NCBI GenBank assembly: GCA_038087875.1
Contig: CM075987.1
Coordinates: forward strand, 25,050,001 to 25,114,000
Origin: Malacoraja senta
Taxonomy: Eukaryota
DNA length: 64,000 nt
Direction: 5' to 3'
Below are positions 51,078 through 64,000 of this stretch, one piece after another; the stretch's first letter is position 1, and every line of letters begins with the position of its first letter. The notes under the pieces were generated by a model. The model saw only the letters and a list, made by a program, of their open reading frames with translations, did not search any database and was not told where the DNA came from. A program made the translations under genes and the position numbers.

Positions 51078-51210
51078 AAGTGAATGTATAACAAAACTCT
51101 GTTAATCAGGAACTCTGTGGTTTTTTGGCAGTTTCATACTGATAGACAAACTACCTGGACTATTGGCTGTAGTTTCTAATCTTAAGCCAACACGCTTGTA
51201 AATCGCATTT

Positions 51211-53238
51211 ATAAAAAAAATAAAAAAATATATTTTTATTTATTAGAAGTATTGTACAGTGATATCAACCAAAAATAACATAATACATTTCTTGTACCAC
51301 TTCTTATTTTAAACTTTAAAAAGAAGAAAAATAGAAAGAGTTAGATAAGATAGTGAGTGCGTGAAAGAGTGGTCGAGAGAATTACCCGTAGGAACGTAAA
51401 CCATGAGAAAGAGTTAAAAAGAAAACCAAAGAAAAAGAAAGAGAAAAATAGAGAACAGAAGAGAGTAAAATAAGACAAGATAAAAGGGATGTACCTACTC
51501 CGTATCTTTACACACCCCTCACCAGGTCCTGAAACCATTTATTTTCAAAGTTATGTTGCACCCTATGTTTGTAATAAGTCGACAAATGGAGACCAAATCT
51601 TTTGGAAATGGTCTGATTTGCCTGCTAGGAGGAATCTCATGTCTTCCAGGTGTAACAGTTCGGACATATTTGAAATCCACATTTTTATCGTTGGTGTGGG
51701 AGCGTTTTTCCAGAATTTAAGTATAGGTTTTTTTGCCATTATTAAGCCGTAATTAAGGAAGCTCTTTTTGGAACGAAGTCATCTCAAAGCTGGCTTCCAT
51801 TGTTCCGAAAATAATCAGTTCTGCGTTCGGTTTCAGTTTTATTTTAAATAATTTTGTAAAAATTTCAACGATTTAATTCCAACATTTTTGGATTTTTATA
51901 CAAAAAACAAAAGAATGTGCTATAGTTGCTTCTTGGGATAGACATTTATCACAGATGGAAGAGACATTTGGATAAAATTTACTTATTTTAGTATTTGAGT
52001 AATATAGTCCATGTAAAAATTTTAATTGGATTAGAATATGTCTTACATTGATCGAGCATTTGTGCACATATAGCAAGTGTTTATCCCAACTCTCTTTCGA
52101 GATTTTTATAGCTAGTTCTTGTTCCCAATCTCTTCTAATTCTATCGGATGATGGTATTTCTATATTTAGGATGATATTATACAAGTATGATATTAAATTA
52201 GTTGATTCCGCCTTTATATTCATTGCATCGTCTAATAGGTCTGGAGACAAATTTTGATATTCTTGTGTATATTTTTTCAAATAGTCACAGATTTGAAAAT
52301 ATTTAAAATATTGATTACTCAGATTGTATTTAAGTTGTAGTTGGTGAAATGGTTTTAAAAAATCCATTTTCATACACGTCTCCAAACGTTTAAATTCCTA
52401 TTCTATCCCAGTATGTAAATGATTTATCTATAATAGACGGTTTAAACGACGGATTATTAACTATTGGAGAGAGAAGCGATAGGTTTCTTAATTTTAAAGT
52501 TAATTTTATTTGTTTCCAAATTCTAATTGTACTATGAATAATTGGAATTTTACAATATATTGTATTATTCAATTTTGTTGGTGAGAGAAGGATCGCTCCT
52601 ATATTAAAAGGGGAACAATCCTCTCTCTCCATTACTATCCAATCCACCTGCTGGACGGAGTTGTCCAACGGGTGAATCACATTTTTGACATTTGCTGCCC
52701 AATAATAATACAAAAAATTAGGGAGTATTAATCCACCAAATTCTTTAGGTTTGCACAAATATCTTCTTTGAATTCTATGGGATTTATAGTCCCATATAAA
52801 ATTTGTGATATCGGCATCCAGTTTAAAAAAAAACTTTTTTGGTAAGTATATTGGTATTGATTGGAATAGATATAAAATTTGTGGTAGGAAGATCATTTTT
52901 ATAGCATTTGTTCGGCCTATTAAAGACATCGGAAGAGTTTTCCAAAATTTAATCAAGGCGTCTAATTTATTAAGTAGGGGCATATAATTTGCATTAAATA
53001 AAGATTTATATTTTCTAGTAATTTCAATTCCCAAATATTTAAATTTTTCTGAAGCAATTTTAAAAGGGAATTTTAACAGGTGTGTTGAGTCTTGAGGTTG
53101 TATCGTCATAATTTCACTTTTATTCCAATGTATTCTATATCCTGAAAAGGATCCAAATTTCTCTATTAGATTTAATATATTTGGTATACTGATTTATGAT
53201 TTTGTGATGTATAGTAGCACATCATCTGCGTATAATGA
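51211..53238 (-). mobile_element. L1-clade LINE, truncated at the RT YADD motif, frameshifted
   Basis: 12-bp TSD TAAATCGCATTT at 51199-51210 and 53239-53250; begins SLYADD; ORFs 52390-53109 and 51873-52385 are homologous to the 5489-8185 protein; CDKC..H..C knuckle. Confidence 0.9.
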
Positions 53239-53269
53239 TAAATCGCATTTTTAAGATGTCAAATAGCAC

Positions 53270-54046
53270 AGGAAGTGCAAGACCATTGTATGCAGATGCC
53301 GAGAAGTGTCTTCAGCTGAACAACTTCTAATCTTGTGTGTGGACGCAATAAGAAGAGGACCGCATCTTCCAATGTTCTTCGCTCCTGGGCGTTCGAGTTG
53401 CCAAACCAGGCCGTGATACAAGCAAGCAGTCAATATACTCTCTAGTGTACAATCTGTACAAGTTGAAGAAAGTATTCGTTGACAAACCAAATCTCCTTGA
53501 TCTTCTCAAGAAGTAGAGGCACTGAAGGGCTTTCTTTATGAATGCATCAATGTGCTGGATCCAGGACTGATCTTCAGAAATATGCACACCCAGGGATTTG
53601 AAGTTATTGACGCTCTCCACCATCGTCCCGTCGATGAAGACAGGTGGTGGATCCTTGACATTCCTCTTCCAAAGTCAACAATCAGTTCCTTGGTTTTACT
53701 GACATTGAGAGGAGGCTGATTGCTCAGGCTCCATTTGGTCGGTCGATCGATCTCCCTCCGAAACACTCACTCATCGTCATCTGCAATTCATCCAACGACG
53801 GTGGTGTCGTCGGCGAATTTGAGGATGGAGTTGGAACTGTGTGCGGCTACACGGTCATGAGTATAGAGTGAGTAGAGCAGGGGGCTGAGCACACAGCCTT
53901 GAGGTGCTCCAAAGCTGATGGTTATCAAGGAGGAAGTGTTGCTGCCAATTCAGACAGGCTGTGTTCTGTTGATGAAGTCGCTGAGAGTCCAGTTGCAGAG
54001 GGATGCGCAGAGACCTAGTTCCGTGAGCTTGGTAACCTCCAACGCT
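53270..54046 (-). mobile_element. Rex1-type RT fragment
   Basis: [31 protein letters not shown] remnants. Confidence 0.8.
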
Positions 54047-54233
54047 TGTGTAGGAAAGAACTGCAGATGCTGGTTTAAATCGAAGATACACAAAATGCTG
54101 GAGCACCTCAGCGAAACAGGCAGCATCTCTGGAGAGAAGGAAGACTGAAGAAGGGTCTCGACTCGAAACGTCACCCATTCCTTCTCTCCAGAGATGCTGC
54201 CTGTTCCGCTGAGTTACTCCAGCATTTTGTGTC
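54047..54233. mobile_element. Penelope-derived fold-back element with hammerhead-like core (54145-54172)
   Basis: Inverted arms; AACCTCCAA repeated on both flanks. Confidence 0.75.
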
Positions 54234-56594
54234 AACCTCCAAGACTTTGTGGTTTGTTCAAGATTCCAGCATCTGCAGTCCCTTGTCTCTCTCTTCCTGG
54301 GGAATATAATTAGACCTGCAGACCCCATCTGAAAAGGAACGTCTGTCCCTCTCACATCTTCGCCCGAACAAGACAATTTAAGGGCCAAAGTTCTGATTTT
54401 CATTGTCAATTAGAAATCAAACAAATTGAAATTTTATGGCCGATGACATTGAAGCAATCCAAGGGTGAAGAGTTTTTAATTATGAGACATTATTGGAATT
54501 TCTTTACAAGAGAATATCTGCGGTTACAGTGATTTGAGTCTTTGAATATAATGACTCGGGATTAAACGTTTATGACACCACAAAAACTATAATGTCAAAC
54601 TAGTGTTATAGTACCTTAGAGAGCTTATGTCTTATAATAAAATTGTGATTATTTTCCCAACTCTGTTCTTGGGACTGACAAACTACCACTTTAAATTAAA
54701 AGTACAAAAAGTTTAGTTAGGTTCAGTTAAAAGTTTGCTTCACTTGTCATGGAGTTATGGGGAGAAGGCAGGAGAATGGGGTCGAGAGGGAGAGAAAGAT
54801 CAGCCATGATTGAATGGCGGAGTAGACGTGATCAGTTTCAATTTAGTTTCTTTTACTGTCACGTGTACCGAGGCACAGTGAAAACCTTTCTCACTCAACC
54901 TCTGATGGGCCAAATGGCCTAATTCTGCTCCTAGAACGGATGAATTGTTATGAAAATTTCAACTCATTGTTAAACCACACACCTAAAAGATTTGGGGCGT
55001 GAGACTTATCACAGTGGTTACATGCCATTAAACCAGGGTACAGCTTAAGTGATCAACAAGACATCAGAACGTACAAGACTTATGATCCTTGGCTGTATGA
55101 GAAACTAAGGGTTGGCATGGTAGCGCAGCTTTTTGTACAGGTTTTTAGGTTTATTGGCTTCAGTAAAATTGTCGCTAGTGTGTAGGATAGTGCTAGTGTA
55201 CAGCGATCGCTGGGCGGCGTGGTCTTGGTGGGACGAAGAACCTATTTCCGCGCTATATCTCGAAACTAAATTGAACTAAATTAAAGACTAGTCTTTGTAA
55301 CCAACTACTGGTCCAAGGTTATTGGACATTAATGGTGAATTCTTGCTTAGACTTTTTTTGGAAAGACACCACTGTTTATGGAAAACATAACATGAAAACC
55401 ACATCACAATGTTACTTCAATTCCAAAAGAATTCAATTAGAAATCGATCATATTTGATCAATGCTAATCCTCTCAGCTTAATTGAGTTCATTTTTGCTTA
55501 ACATGCAAGCAAGCACATCATTCTTCCATTGCACATCAGTTTTGAAACACATAAAGACACCAAGCAAAATGTAGAATGTGACTGCGTTTAAAGAATGAGA
55601 AAACAAAAATAATCCATTTGAATTCTTTGCGGCTATTACTCATTTTAATTTTGATGCAACTCCTATTTCACTTAGTAATACTTTACAATATGTTTTTATT
55701 GTATTACTGAAAATCTCATTATATTCAAAGGATATTTCGAAATATTCAAATTTTGGTTCATAACAGATCGGAGCCGGTGGCCAAGGAAAGGTGGGTGTGG
55801 AGTCCACAATGGTCCATTGTTGGCTGTGGAAGAGGTGATAATGAAGGGATATATAGATGCCAAGAGTGGAACCAGCTAGCCACCAAGTTCAGGACTGCAC
55901 AAGATGCTCTTACACACACGGAAATTCCATACTTGCTGGCACATACGTCAGGATGTGTGGGGGTCTGCCAGCGCCTTTGGTGTAAAATCCAACTCATCGT
56001 TTTCCATTATCAGGGCACTACGTGACACAGTTTTGCAACCAAATGCGTCCCCATGCATCTCAGGAGAATTCCCACAAACGACAAAAGTGCCATACACCAC
56101 TTTTTCCGATAACACTTCAAATTACTCACTTTCCGCCGCATGACCACCAGCTATGAATACGTGCTTCATTCTCAAAGCAATCTGATATCATCACTCAGCA
56201 GGGGAACAAAAACCCTTCATAAAAGACCATTACTTTCGGAATACAAGTTGTCCCACAACTTTAGGCCGTGCACGCCATACGCAAGAAGAAGGAGGCTTTC
56301 GGAATTATTGCAGAGTAATGAATGAACACAAATTCTTTCTCTAATAACGAATCCTCGTGATTCTTCTTTCAAATATCACATCAGCATAGGCTTGGGTACA
56401 AAATCATCTGGATTTCTGATCAGACCCAGTTAAATCATCAGATAACTTATTTTGTTTTTGAAAATATTGGCGCCTAAATCTTTCTATCCATATTTGGTGA
56501 AGCAAAGGAGTACTGTAATTCACTCCTGCGCTCAGTCAGAGCACACCGTCCATAATTAAAAACCAAATTAGTGAAATTTTCATTCTAGAATTAT

Positions 56595-56920
56595 GGGTGG
56601 CACGGTGGCGCAATGGTAGAGTTGCTGCCTTACAACACTTGCAGCGCTGGAGACCAGGATTTGATCCTGACTACGGGTGCTGTCTGAATGGAGTTTGTAC
56701 GTTCTCCCCGTGACCGCGTGGGTTTTCTCCAAGAACTTCGATTTCCTCCCACACTCCTAAGACGTACAGGTTTGTACGTTAATTGGCTTGGTATGATTGC
56801 AAATCATCCCTAGTGTGTGCAGGGTAGGGTTAATGTGCGGGGATCGCTGGTCGGTGCGGACACGGTGGGCCGAAGAGCCTGTTTATTTTTACAGAGATTT
56901 AGTCACTGTAAATCTAAACT
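56595..56920 (+). mobile_element. HE1-like V-SINE
   Basis: Consensus head, V-domain, tail. Confidence 0.85.
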
Positions 56921-57389
56921 AAATCACTAGCCTGTTTACCCTTGTCCCCTTCTCAAATTTGCTGGGTTAAAATGTAAGTCCTAGTTGCTTGCAAAGCATG
57001 CAACTGCAGTTGGGAAGAGGGGTAGTGTTTAAAGTACACCTTCCTTTGCTGTCACAATAGATAATCATCAGGCTGTCTTCAAGACAATGGAATCGCTTTG
57101 TCTCTGATCATGACCACAGAGCCATCGCTGTGCCGTAAGTAGGTCCCAGCCGCCACAAGTTGTCGGCTCGTGGTTCAGTCAGGGATCGTGGCATTGATCT
57201 CTGCAGAGAGATGTTCCTGCAAGCACTCTGGAACTAATGATCTCCAGTGCGATGCAGTGCAGTGACCTGCCAGGCAAGTGGGATCAAAGAGCAAAACATC
57301 GATGTACAGTCATGGACATTTTGGCGCACAAATGGTTGGGACATGTTAAGGAGCTCGCTCCATGTTCACTCGAGAATAAATATAAACAA

Positions 57390-57760
57390 GGTTGTAGTTT
57401 GTCAAAGAGGACTCTCTTGAACTTCTACAGGTGCACAGTAGAGAGCACACTGACTGGCTGCATCGTGGCCTGGATCGGCAACTTGAACGTCCAGGAGCGG
57501 AAAAGACTGCAAAATGTTGTGACCACTGCCCAGTCCATCACTGGCTCTGACCTCCCCACCATCGAAGGGATCTATCGAAGTCACTGCCTCAAAAAAGCAG
57601 CCAACATCATCGAAGACCCACACACCATCCTGGCTCATTTCACCCCTGCCATCGGGATGAAGGTACAGGAGCCTGAAAACTGTAACTTCCAGGTTCAGGA
57701 ACAGCTTCTTCCCTACAGCCATCAGCCCTACAGCCATCAGGCTATTAAACACAACAGCGA
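57390..57760 (+). mobile_element. Older Rex1-type fragment; its 3' UTR resumes at about 60346-60530
   Basis: LLNFYRCTVESTLTGCIVAW. Confidence 0.75.
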
Positions 57761-57761
57761 A

Positions 57762-60345
57762 ACACAACAGCCGACCCTTCTACTTACCCAGGGAGCTAAC
57801 AGCAGTCTTCATAACGGCCGTCTATGTACCACCGAGCGCGGACGTGAAGGATGCTATGACAGAACTCTACAACAACATCAGTGAGCAGCAGAGGGAACAT
57901 CCAGATGCTTTCTTCATGGCAGCTGGGGATTTCAACCAGGCAAGTCTTACATCTGTTCTGCCTAAATTTTACCAGCATGTGAACATTGCAACCAGGGGAA
58001 AGAACAAACTAGATCTGGTGTACACCAACATTAAAGATGCATATAGAGCAGCCCCCCTCCCCCATATCGGCAACTCTGACCACCTGGCGGTTATGCTCAC
58101 ACCTGCATACAGACCCAGGGTGAAACAGGACAGGCCAACGGTCAAAGAAGTCAGAACATGGCCACAGGGAGCTACCGCAGCACTACAAGACTGTTTTGAA
58201 ACCACACAGTGGGCCATTTTCAGGGAGGCAGCAACAGATGACAGTAGCATCAACCTCCAAGAATACACAGAATCCGTCATCGGATACATCAATAAATGCA
58301 TTGATGATGTAACGGTGGTAAAAACCATCAGGAGGCGTGCCAATCAGAAACCTTGGCTAACTGGGGAAGTGTGTTCCCTACTGAGAATCCGGAATGCTGC
58401 ATTCAAATCTGGGGACAACGCAGCATACAAACTGGCAAGGAGTAACCTATCCCGGGGGATCAGGGAAGCGAAGAGGCTGTATGGACAAAAACTTAACAGC
58501 CACTTCGCAAATGACAAAGACACACGTCGCTTGTGGCAGGGATTTCATACCATCACGGACTACAAGCCCCCCCCGCTGCGAATATGCCAAAACGACCCCT
58601 CTCTACCAGATGAACTGAACGAGTTCTACGCACGGTTTGAGGTTGGAAACACCACCCAGACACGTGCACTACTGCCATCTCCAAGTGACCAGTCGCTCAG
58701 GCTGTCTGCAGCCGGAGTTAAAAAGGCCTTTGCCAGCATCAACCCACGCAAAGCTGCAGGGCCGGACAACATTCCTGGATGCGTTTTAAGAGACTGCGCC
58801 GAGCAACTGAAAGATGTTTTCACAGACATTTTTAACATCTCACTCAGCCAGGCAGTAGTGCCCAACTGTCTTAAGAGTGCCACCATCGTCCCTGTCCCGA
58901 AGAAACCAAACCCAGCCTGCCATAATGACTTTCGACCAGTGGCTCTAACACCCATAGTAATGAAGTGTTTTGAGCGACTGGTTATGCAGCATATCAAAAA
59001 TAGTCTACCTGCCGACCTAGACCCACTGCAGTTCGCCTACAGAGCCAACCGATCCACAGAGGACGCAGTCTCAACAACACTGAACCTCGTACTGTCACAC
59101 CTTGATCGGAAAAATACTTATGCCAGGATCCTCTTCATAGACTTCAGCTCTGCTTTTAATACAATCATTCCGCTGCAGTTGGTGGAGAAGTTGGAGCTAT
59201 TGGGAGTTGATGCTGGCACATGTAACTGGGTCCTGAACTTTCTGTCGCAACGGCAGCAGACAGTCAGGGTGGGCAGTAGGACATCAAAAACCATAGCCGT
59301 GAGCACTGGCTCGCCCCAAGGCTGTGTCCTAAGTCCCCTGCTGTTTAGTCTGCTAACACACGACTGTACTGCTAGACTCAACAACAACTTCATCAACAAG
59401 TTCGCTGATGACACAACAGTGGTGGGTCTCATCAGTGACAATGATGAGTCGGCGTACAGGATGGAGGTGGAGCTGCTCACAGGATGGTGCAAATCCCACA
59501 ACCTCATTCTCAACGTGGGAAAAACTAAGGAGATGGTGGTTGACTTCAGGAGGGCGGGAAAACAACACCATACACCTCTGCACATCGATGGAGCTGATGT
59601 GGAAAGGGTCAACAGCGTGAAGTTCCTAGGACTCCACCTGTCAGATGACCTGACGTCCACGACCAACACCACAGCACTGGTCAAGAGAGCCCAGCAGCGA
59701 CTACACCCTCTCCGAAGACTACGTAAAGCAGGTCTCTCCACTACACACCTACGAACTTTTTATAGGGGGACAATCGAGAGCACATTAACCTACGGCATCA
59801 CTTCCTGGTTCGGGAGCTGCAAGGCGTACGAACGGCACCAACTAGACAGGATTGTGAAGACCGCCAGCAGGATTATTGGTGCTCCACTCCCTTTCCTGCT
59901 GGACATATACAGGAAGAGATGTATCAGCAGAGCCATCTCCATCATCAAAGACCCCTACCACCCATCCCATCACATATTCTCCATCCTGCCATCTGGGAAG
60001 AGGTACCGGAGCATTAGGTGCAAAACCAGCAGGATGCTCCTCAGCTTCTTCCCGCAGGTTATAAGACTGATAAACGGACTTTGTACCCTGCCAAAGTATC
60101 GTGCACCAACCACCAACCTGGACACACTGCAGCAGAGCCACTGTCGTGCCGCTGCCGATCGGAACGCCTGTTGATGTTTACTAGAGTAGAGTGTTAATTT
60201 GTTCATGATATATGTATTTTTACTTCTATTTATTTTTTACTGCACACTGAAATGGACACTGGTTGAGGAACGTTTTTTTGTTTCCTCTGGGTATGCGAAT
60301 ACTCAGGAAATGACAATAAAGATATACAATACAATACAATACAAT
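57762..60345 (+). mobile_element. Young Rex1/Babar LINE, 5'-truncated
   Basis: Starts in the EN domain at RPFYLPREL; (AATAC)n tail at 60325-60345. Confidence 0.9.
57844..60174 (+). CDS. Rex1/Babar EN(C-terminal)-reverse transcriptase, uninterrupted 776 aa, N-terminally truncated
   Basis: [54 protein letters not shown]. Confidence 0.9.
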   Translation: MKDAMTELYNNISEQQREHPDAFFMAAGDFNQASLTSVLPKFYQHVNIATRGKNKLDLVYTNIKDAYRAAPLPHIGNSDHLAVMLTPAYRPRVKQDRPTVKEVRTWPQGATAALQDCFETTQWAIFREAATDDSSINLQEYTESVIGYINKCIDDVTVVKTIRRRANQKPWLTGEVCSLLRIRNAAFKSGDNAAYKLARSNLSRGIREAKRLYGQKLNSHFANDKDTRRLWQGFHTITDYKPPPLRICQNDPSLPDELNEFYARFEVGNTTQTRALLPSPSDQSLRLSAAGVKKAFASINPRKAAGPDNIPGCVLRDCAEQLKDVFTDIFNISLSQAVVPNCLKSATIVPVPKKPNPACHNDFRPVALTPIVMKCFERLVMQHIKNSLPADLDPLQFAYRANRSTEDAVSTTLNLVLSHLDRKNTYARILFIDFSSAFNTIIPLQLVEKLELLGVDAGTCNWVLNFLSQRQQTVRVGSRTSKTIAVSTGSPQGCVLSPLLFSLLTHDCTARLNNNFINKFADDTTVVGLISDNDESAYRMEVELLTGWCKSHNLILNVGKTKEMVVDFRRAGKQHHTPLHIDGADVERVNSVKFLGLHLSDDLTSTTNTTALVKRAQQRLHPLRRLRKAGLSTTHLRTFYRGTIESTLTYGITSWFGSCKAYERHQLDRIVKTASRIIGAPLPFLLDIYRKRCISRAISIIKDPYHPSHHIFSILPSGKRYRSIRCKTSRMLLSFFPQVIRLINGLCTLPKYRAPTTNLDTLQQSHCRAAADRNAC

Positions 60346-60854
60346 AAGCTCTGAACTACAACAGACTATTATTATTATTAAGCTATATTTGTTAATTATA
60401 TACACACACTGAACCTTTTTTCTCCAGTTATGTACTCTGTTTACATATTCTGTTGTGCTGCAGCAAGTAGGAATTTTATTGTCCTATCTGGGACATATGA
60501 CAAGATAACACTCTTGACTCTCTTGACCAGTTTGTACTTCACTGCTCTGGTCTCTACAGTAAGACGAAACGTCCATTGTGCACATTGACAACTTAGTCTA
60601 ATGTGTTCAGTGGTTCAATAATGCTTTATTGTCACACGTGCAAAGTGAAATTCTTCTCTTACAAACAGTTCTCACCACACTGCCCCCAATTAGCAGTTGT
60701 ACAGAAATAGTCCACCGAGCCCGCGTGCAAGAGGTGTGATGTGTAGGAAAGTACTGCAGATGCTGGTTTAAATCGAAAATTTGTACGTTGGAGAAACTCA
60801 GCGGGATGGGCAGCATCTCTGGAGAGAAGGAATGGGTGACGTTTCGGGTCTTTT

Positions 60855-61185
60855 TAGTTTTTTAGTTTTAGTTTTAGAGATACAGCGGGGAAACAGGCCC
60901 TTTCGGCCCACCGGGTCCGCGCCGACCAGCGATCCCCGCACATTAACACTATCCTATCACCCACCAGGGACAAGTTTTACATTTACCAAGCCAATTAACC
61001 TACAAACCTGTACGACTTTGGAGCGTGGGAGCAAACCGAAGGTCTCAGAGAAAACCCACTCGGGTCACGGGGAGAACGTGCAAACTCCGTACAGGGAAGC
61101 ACCCGTAGTCGGGATCGAACCCGGGTCTCTGGTGCTGTAAGCGCTGTGAGGCAGCAACTCTACCGCTGCGCCACCGTGCCACCCT
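60855..61185 (-). mobile_element. HE1-like V-SINE, preceded by a Penelope fragment (60740-60851)
   Basis: Reverse-complement consensus. Confidence 0.88.
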
Positions 61186-62279
61186 GGCTGTTGGAAAGAA
61201 GCTGTACTTGAATCAGTTTTATAAATATCTCCTATTTAAGTGACCAGTCACACATCACCTTAGTTTCAGTGGATCATCTGTCTACCATTGGTACTCGGGC
61301 AATGTGATCATTCATCTGAAAACAGTATGTTTTATGATCTTGGTGTTGAAGTGAAAGATTATGTGCTTAATTTCTGAAGTGGGGCCTCAAGTCTAGGGTT
61401 GGTAGAACCAATGAAACGTGTCTCCATTATAAAATACCTCCTCAAATACCTCTGTCAAATCGTTTATCATGGTTCCTGTTTCCATTTCCTCCCTTCTTTT
61501 GTTCCCATAGGCCTCTAAAAATGAATTTTAGGATTTTTTTTCCTTAATCCTTTTTTTCAGATTTTCTATTTTCAGCCAAGTACTTTCAGATTGCACACAT
61601 TTAGTTTCTCCCCTTAAATTTACTCCGAATGTATTTCATTAACCGGTCTTGCGTGTGTGAGCTTTCTTATATCGATTCTCCCGACTGCCAACTCGTGACC
61701 AATGAGTCGACCTCTCACATTGCTTTTACAGTCAGTTTTTAGCCAAGCTACGAGACGGAACAGGATTGTGAGGTTTTGGATTCAAACCATTCACACAACG
61801 GTAGAGTTGCTGCCTTTCTAAGAGGGTGAGATTTAGCTCTTGGGGCTAACAGAATCAAGGGATATGGGGAGAAAGCAGGAACGGGGTACTGATTTTGGAT
61901 GATCAACCATGATCACGTTGAATGGGGGTGCTGGCTCGAAGGGCCAAATGGCCTACTCCTGCACCTATTTTTCTATATATGTTTACAGCGCCAGAGACCC
62001 AGGTTCGATTCTGACTACGGGTGCTGTCCATACGGACTACAGCATACAACGTACAACATAAGGCCCTTCAGACAACAATGCATTCGTTGCACATAATGCC
62101 AAGACCAATTTATCTGCCTGCATATAATCCAATCCCACTATTCCCTGCTTATCCAGGTAACTATCTAAAAGTCTCTTAAATGCTAATATCATGCCTATTT
62201 AGTTGGAACGTTATTCAAAACAAGATTTGACTCATGGCAGTGGAGTAGAATCGAGATAGGAAATAGGAGAGTGTAATGA

Positions 62280-62632
62280 ATCATAGTCATCCAGCATGGA
62301 AACAGGCCCTTCGGCCCAACTTTCTCACATCGACCAACATGTTCCATCTACACTAGTGCCACCTACCTGCATTTGGCCCATATCCCTTGAAACCTCTCCT
62401 ATCCATGTATCTGTAAACGTTTCTTAAACGTTGCGATACTACCTACCTCAACTACCCCCTCCGGCAGCACGGTCAATATACCCACCACCCTTTAGTTTGT
62501 GTAAAAAAGCTACCTCTCAGGTTCCTATTAAACCTTTCCCCCCTCACTTTAAATTATGTCCTCTGGTTCTCGATTCCCCTACTCTGGGTCAGAGACTCTG
62601 TGCGTCTGCCCGATCTATTCCTCTTATGATTC
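62280..62632 (-). mobile_element. CR1 (HER1-like) 3' end
   Basis: Reverse complement of the 39975-40325 type sequence. Confidence 0.8.
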
Positions 62633-63109
62633 TGTGAAGAAAATTGTGATTCTATTACAGTGTCTGGGCATTATTCCAGTGGAATATTTCCAGTGGTCAA
62701 GTTTACGTTCAGCTCAAAATAATAAGAAATCCATTAAAGGAAGCTTTGAGTAGGATACAATACAAATGCTGATTCAGGATCAATATACATGCAGAACATG
62801 TGGCAGATTCAATCTGATTGATTCCGGTTAAAAAAATCTAATATGTTTCAAGCATCTGGAAGCTGAAATGGACTACTAAGTCGAGCAATGTAATCTCATT
62901 ACATGCAAAACCCGGAAATGCCAGCAGTTCAATGTCTTCTCACCAGCATGACAAAGGCCATAGGAAATACGGGGTGTTCCACAATGTAACTCACCCTACA
63001 ATCATTTATAGACACTGATTAAGTTTCACCCCTTTCTTAGTGGTGATTGCATGGACAGTTTTAAATAACATGTGGAAATAACGTGAATGCATCAAATTTA
63101 GACGTTAAA

Positions 63110-63381
63110 GACTTCGGAGATACAGCGCGAAAACCGGCTGTTTGACCCACTGACCAGCGATCACCCTGTACACCAGCACTATCCTACACGCTCAGGACAA
63201 TTTACAATCTTACCAAAGCAAATTAATCCACAGACCCGTACGTCTTTGGAGTGTGGGAGGAAACCGGAGCACCCAGAGAAAACCCACGCAGCCACAGAAC
63301 GAACGTACAAACTCTGTACAGACAGCACCCGTCTCTGGTACTGTAAGGCAGCAACTCTACCGCTGCGCCACCCTGCCGCCC
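63110..63381 (-). mobile_element. HE1-like V-SINE
   Basis: Reverse-complement consensus. Confidence 0.82.
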
Positions 63382-63824
63382 TTTTAGTCAGTAGAAGAAT
63401 TGTTTCTACGAGCTACGTGGAATCGTGGAAGCAGATGTAATTATAACATGAAAATGTGGTAAAGTGCGGATTAAATGCAAAATTGTGCGTTTTAACGTGG
63501 TTATCACAAAACCTATCATTTCTGTAACTAGGAGAGACATTTCTGTTTGCAATAAACAAGATCTCTTCTTTTCATGTTTGCCACCTATGAAGTTTGTCTC
63601 TATTTTCTTCATTAATTCAGTCCTGGATTTATTCCTTACAATGTTCTGTATTTCAAGTGATAATCAATACACATATTATGCAGCTATTTCTGCCTATGAT
63701 CGACTGCAAAAACAAAATGCCGTAATTTAACCCAACGTCAGTTCAGAAACGTATTCAATGAAGGTAAAGATAATAACACATAACCTTTCAACACAAAGGG
63801 AAAAGGAAACAGAACAGGATAGAA

Positions 63825-64000
63825 TAATAATAATAATAATAATAATAGATTTTATTTATATAGCGCTTTTCAGGACTCAAAGTCGCTTTACGTTGAGAGT
63901 CAAGAATAAACAAAACAAAATAGAGCAGTAAGACAGAGATGCAAAGGGGAGGGGGACATGGGACTAAGGGTATGCAGAGGTGAAGAGATGGGTCTTGAGG
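63825..64000 (-). mobile_element. L2-like LINE 3' end, running off the window
   Basis: (AAT)n then TTTATTTATATAGCGCTTTTCAGGACTCAAAGTCGCTTTAC. Confidence 0.6.

Noticed and set aside
57969..60141. Several 100-200 aa antisense ORFs
   Set aside because: Shadows of the Rex1 RT reading frame.

Overview
Eukaryotic, repeat-dominated DNA, most likely intronic or intergenic sequence from a cartilaginous fish (skate/ray-like, inferred from about 30 HE1-like V-SINEs and matching CR1/HER1-like LINE tails). I could not recognise any host protein-coding gene; the ORFs I can assign to a protein family are retroelement-derived. The window holds three L1-clade LINE insertions with 12-14 bp target-site duplications (TSDs), an uninterrupted 5'-truncated Rex1/Babar RT ORF (776 aa), an invertebrate-like CR1/L2-group (Daphne/Crack-like) LINE, many CR1, Rex1, L2 and RTE fragments, two hAT-type elements with 8-bp TSDs and PIF/Harbinger-type MITEs. 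Four observations stand out: (1) about 15-20 Penelope-derived units carrying a minimal hammerhead-ribozyme core, several as ~200-bp fold-back insertions with their own TSDs; (2) a non-coding ~750-bp retroelement family with covarying hairpins and different Rex1-type tails; (3) a minisatellite expanded inside a MITE; (4) a locally generated 70-bp perfect-type hairpin. Boundaries of degraded fragments are approximate, and family names come from motif recognition, not database searches.
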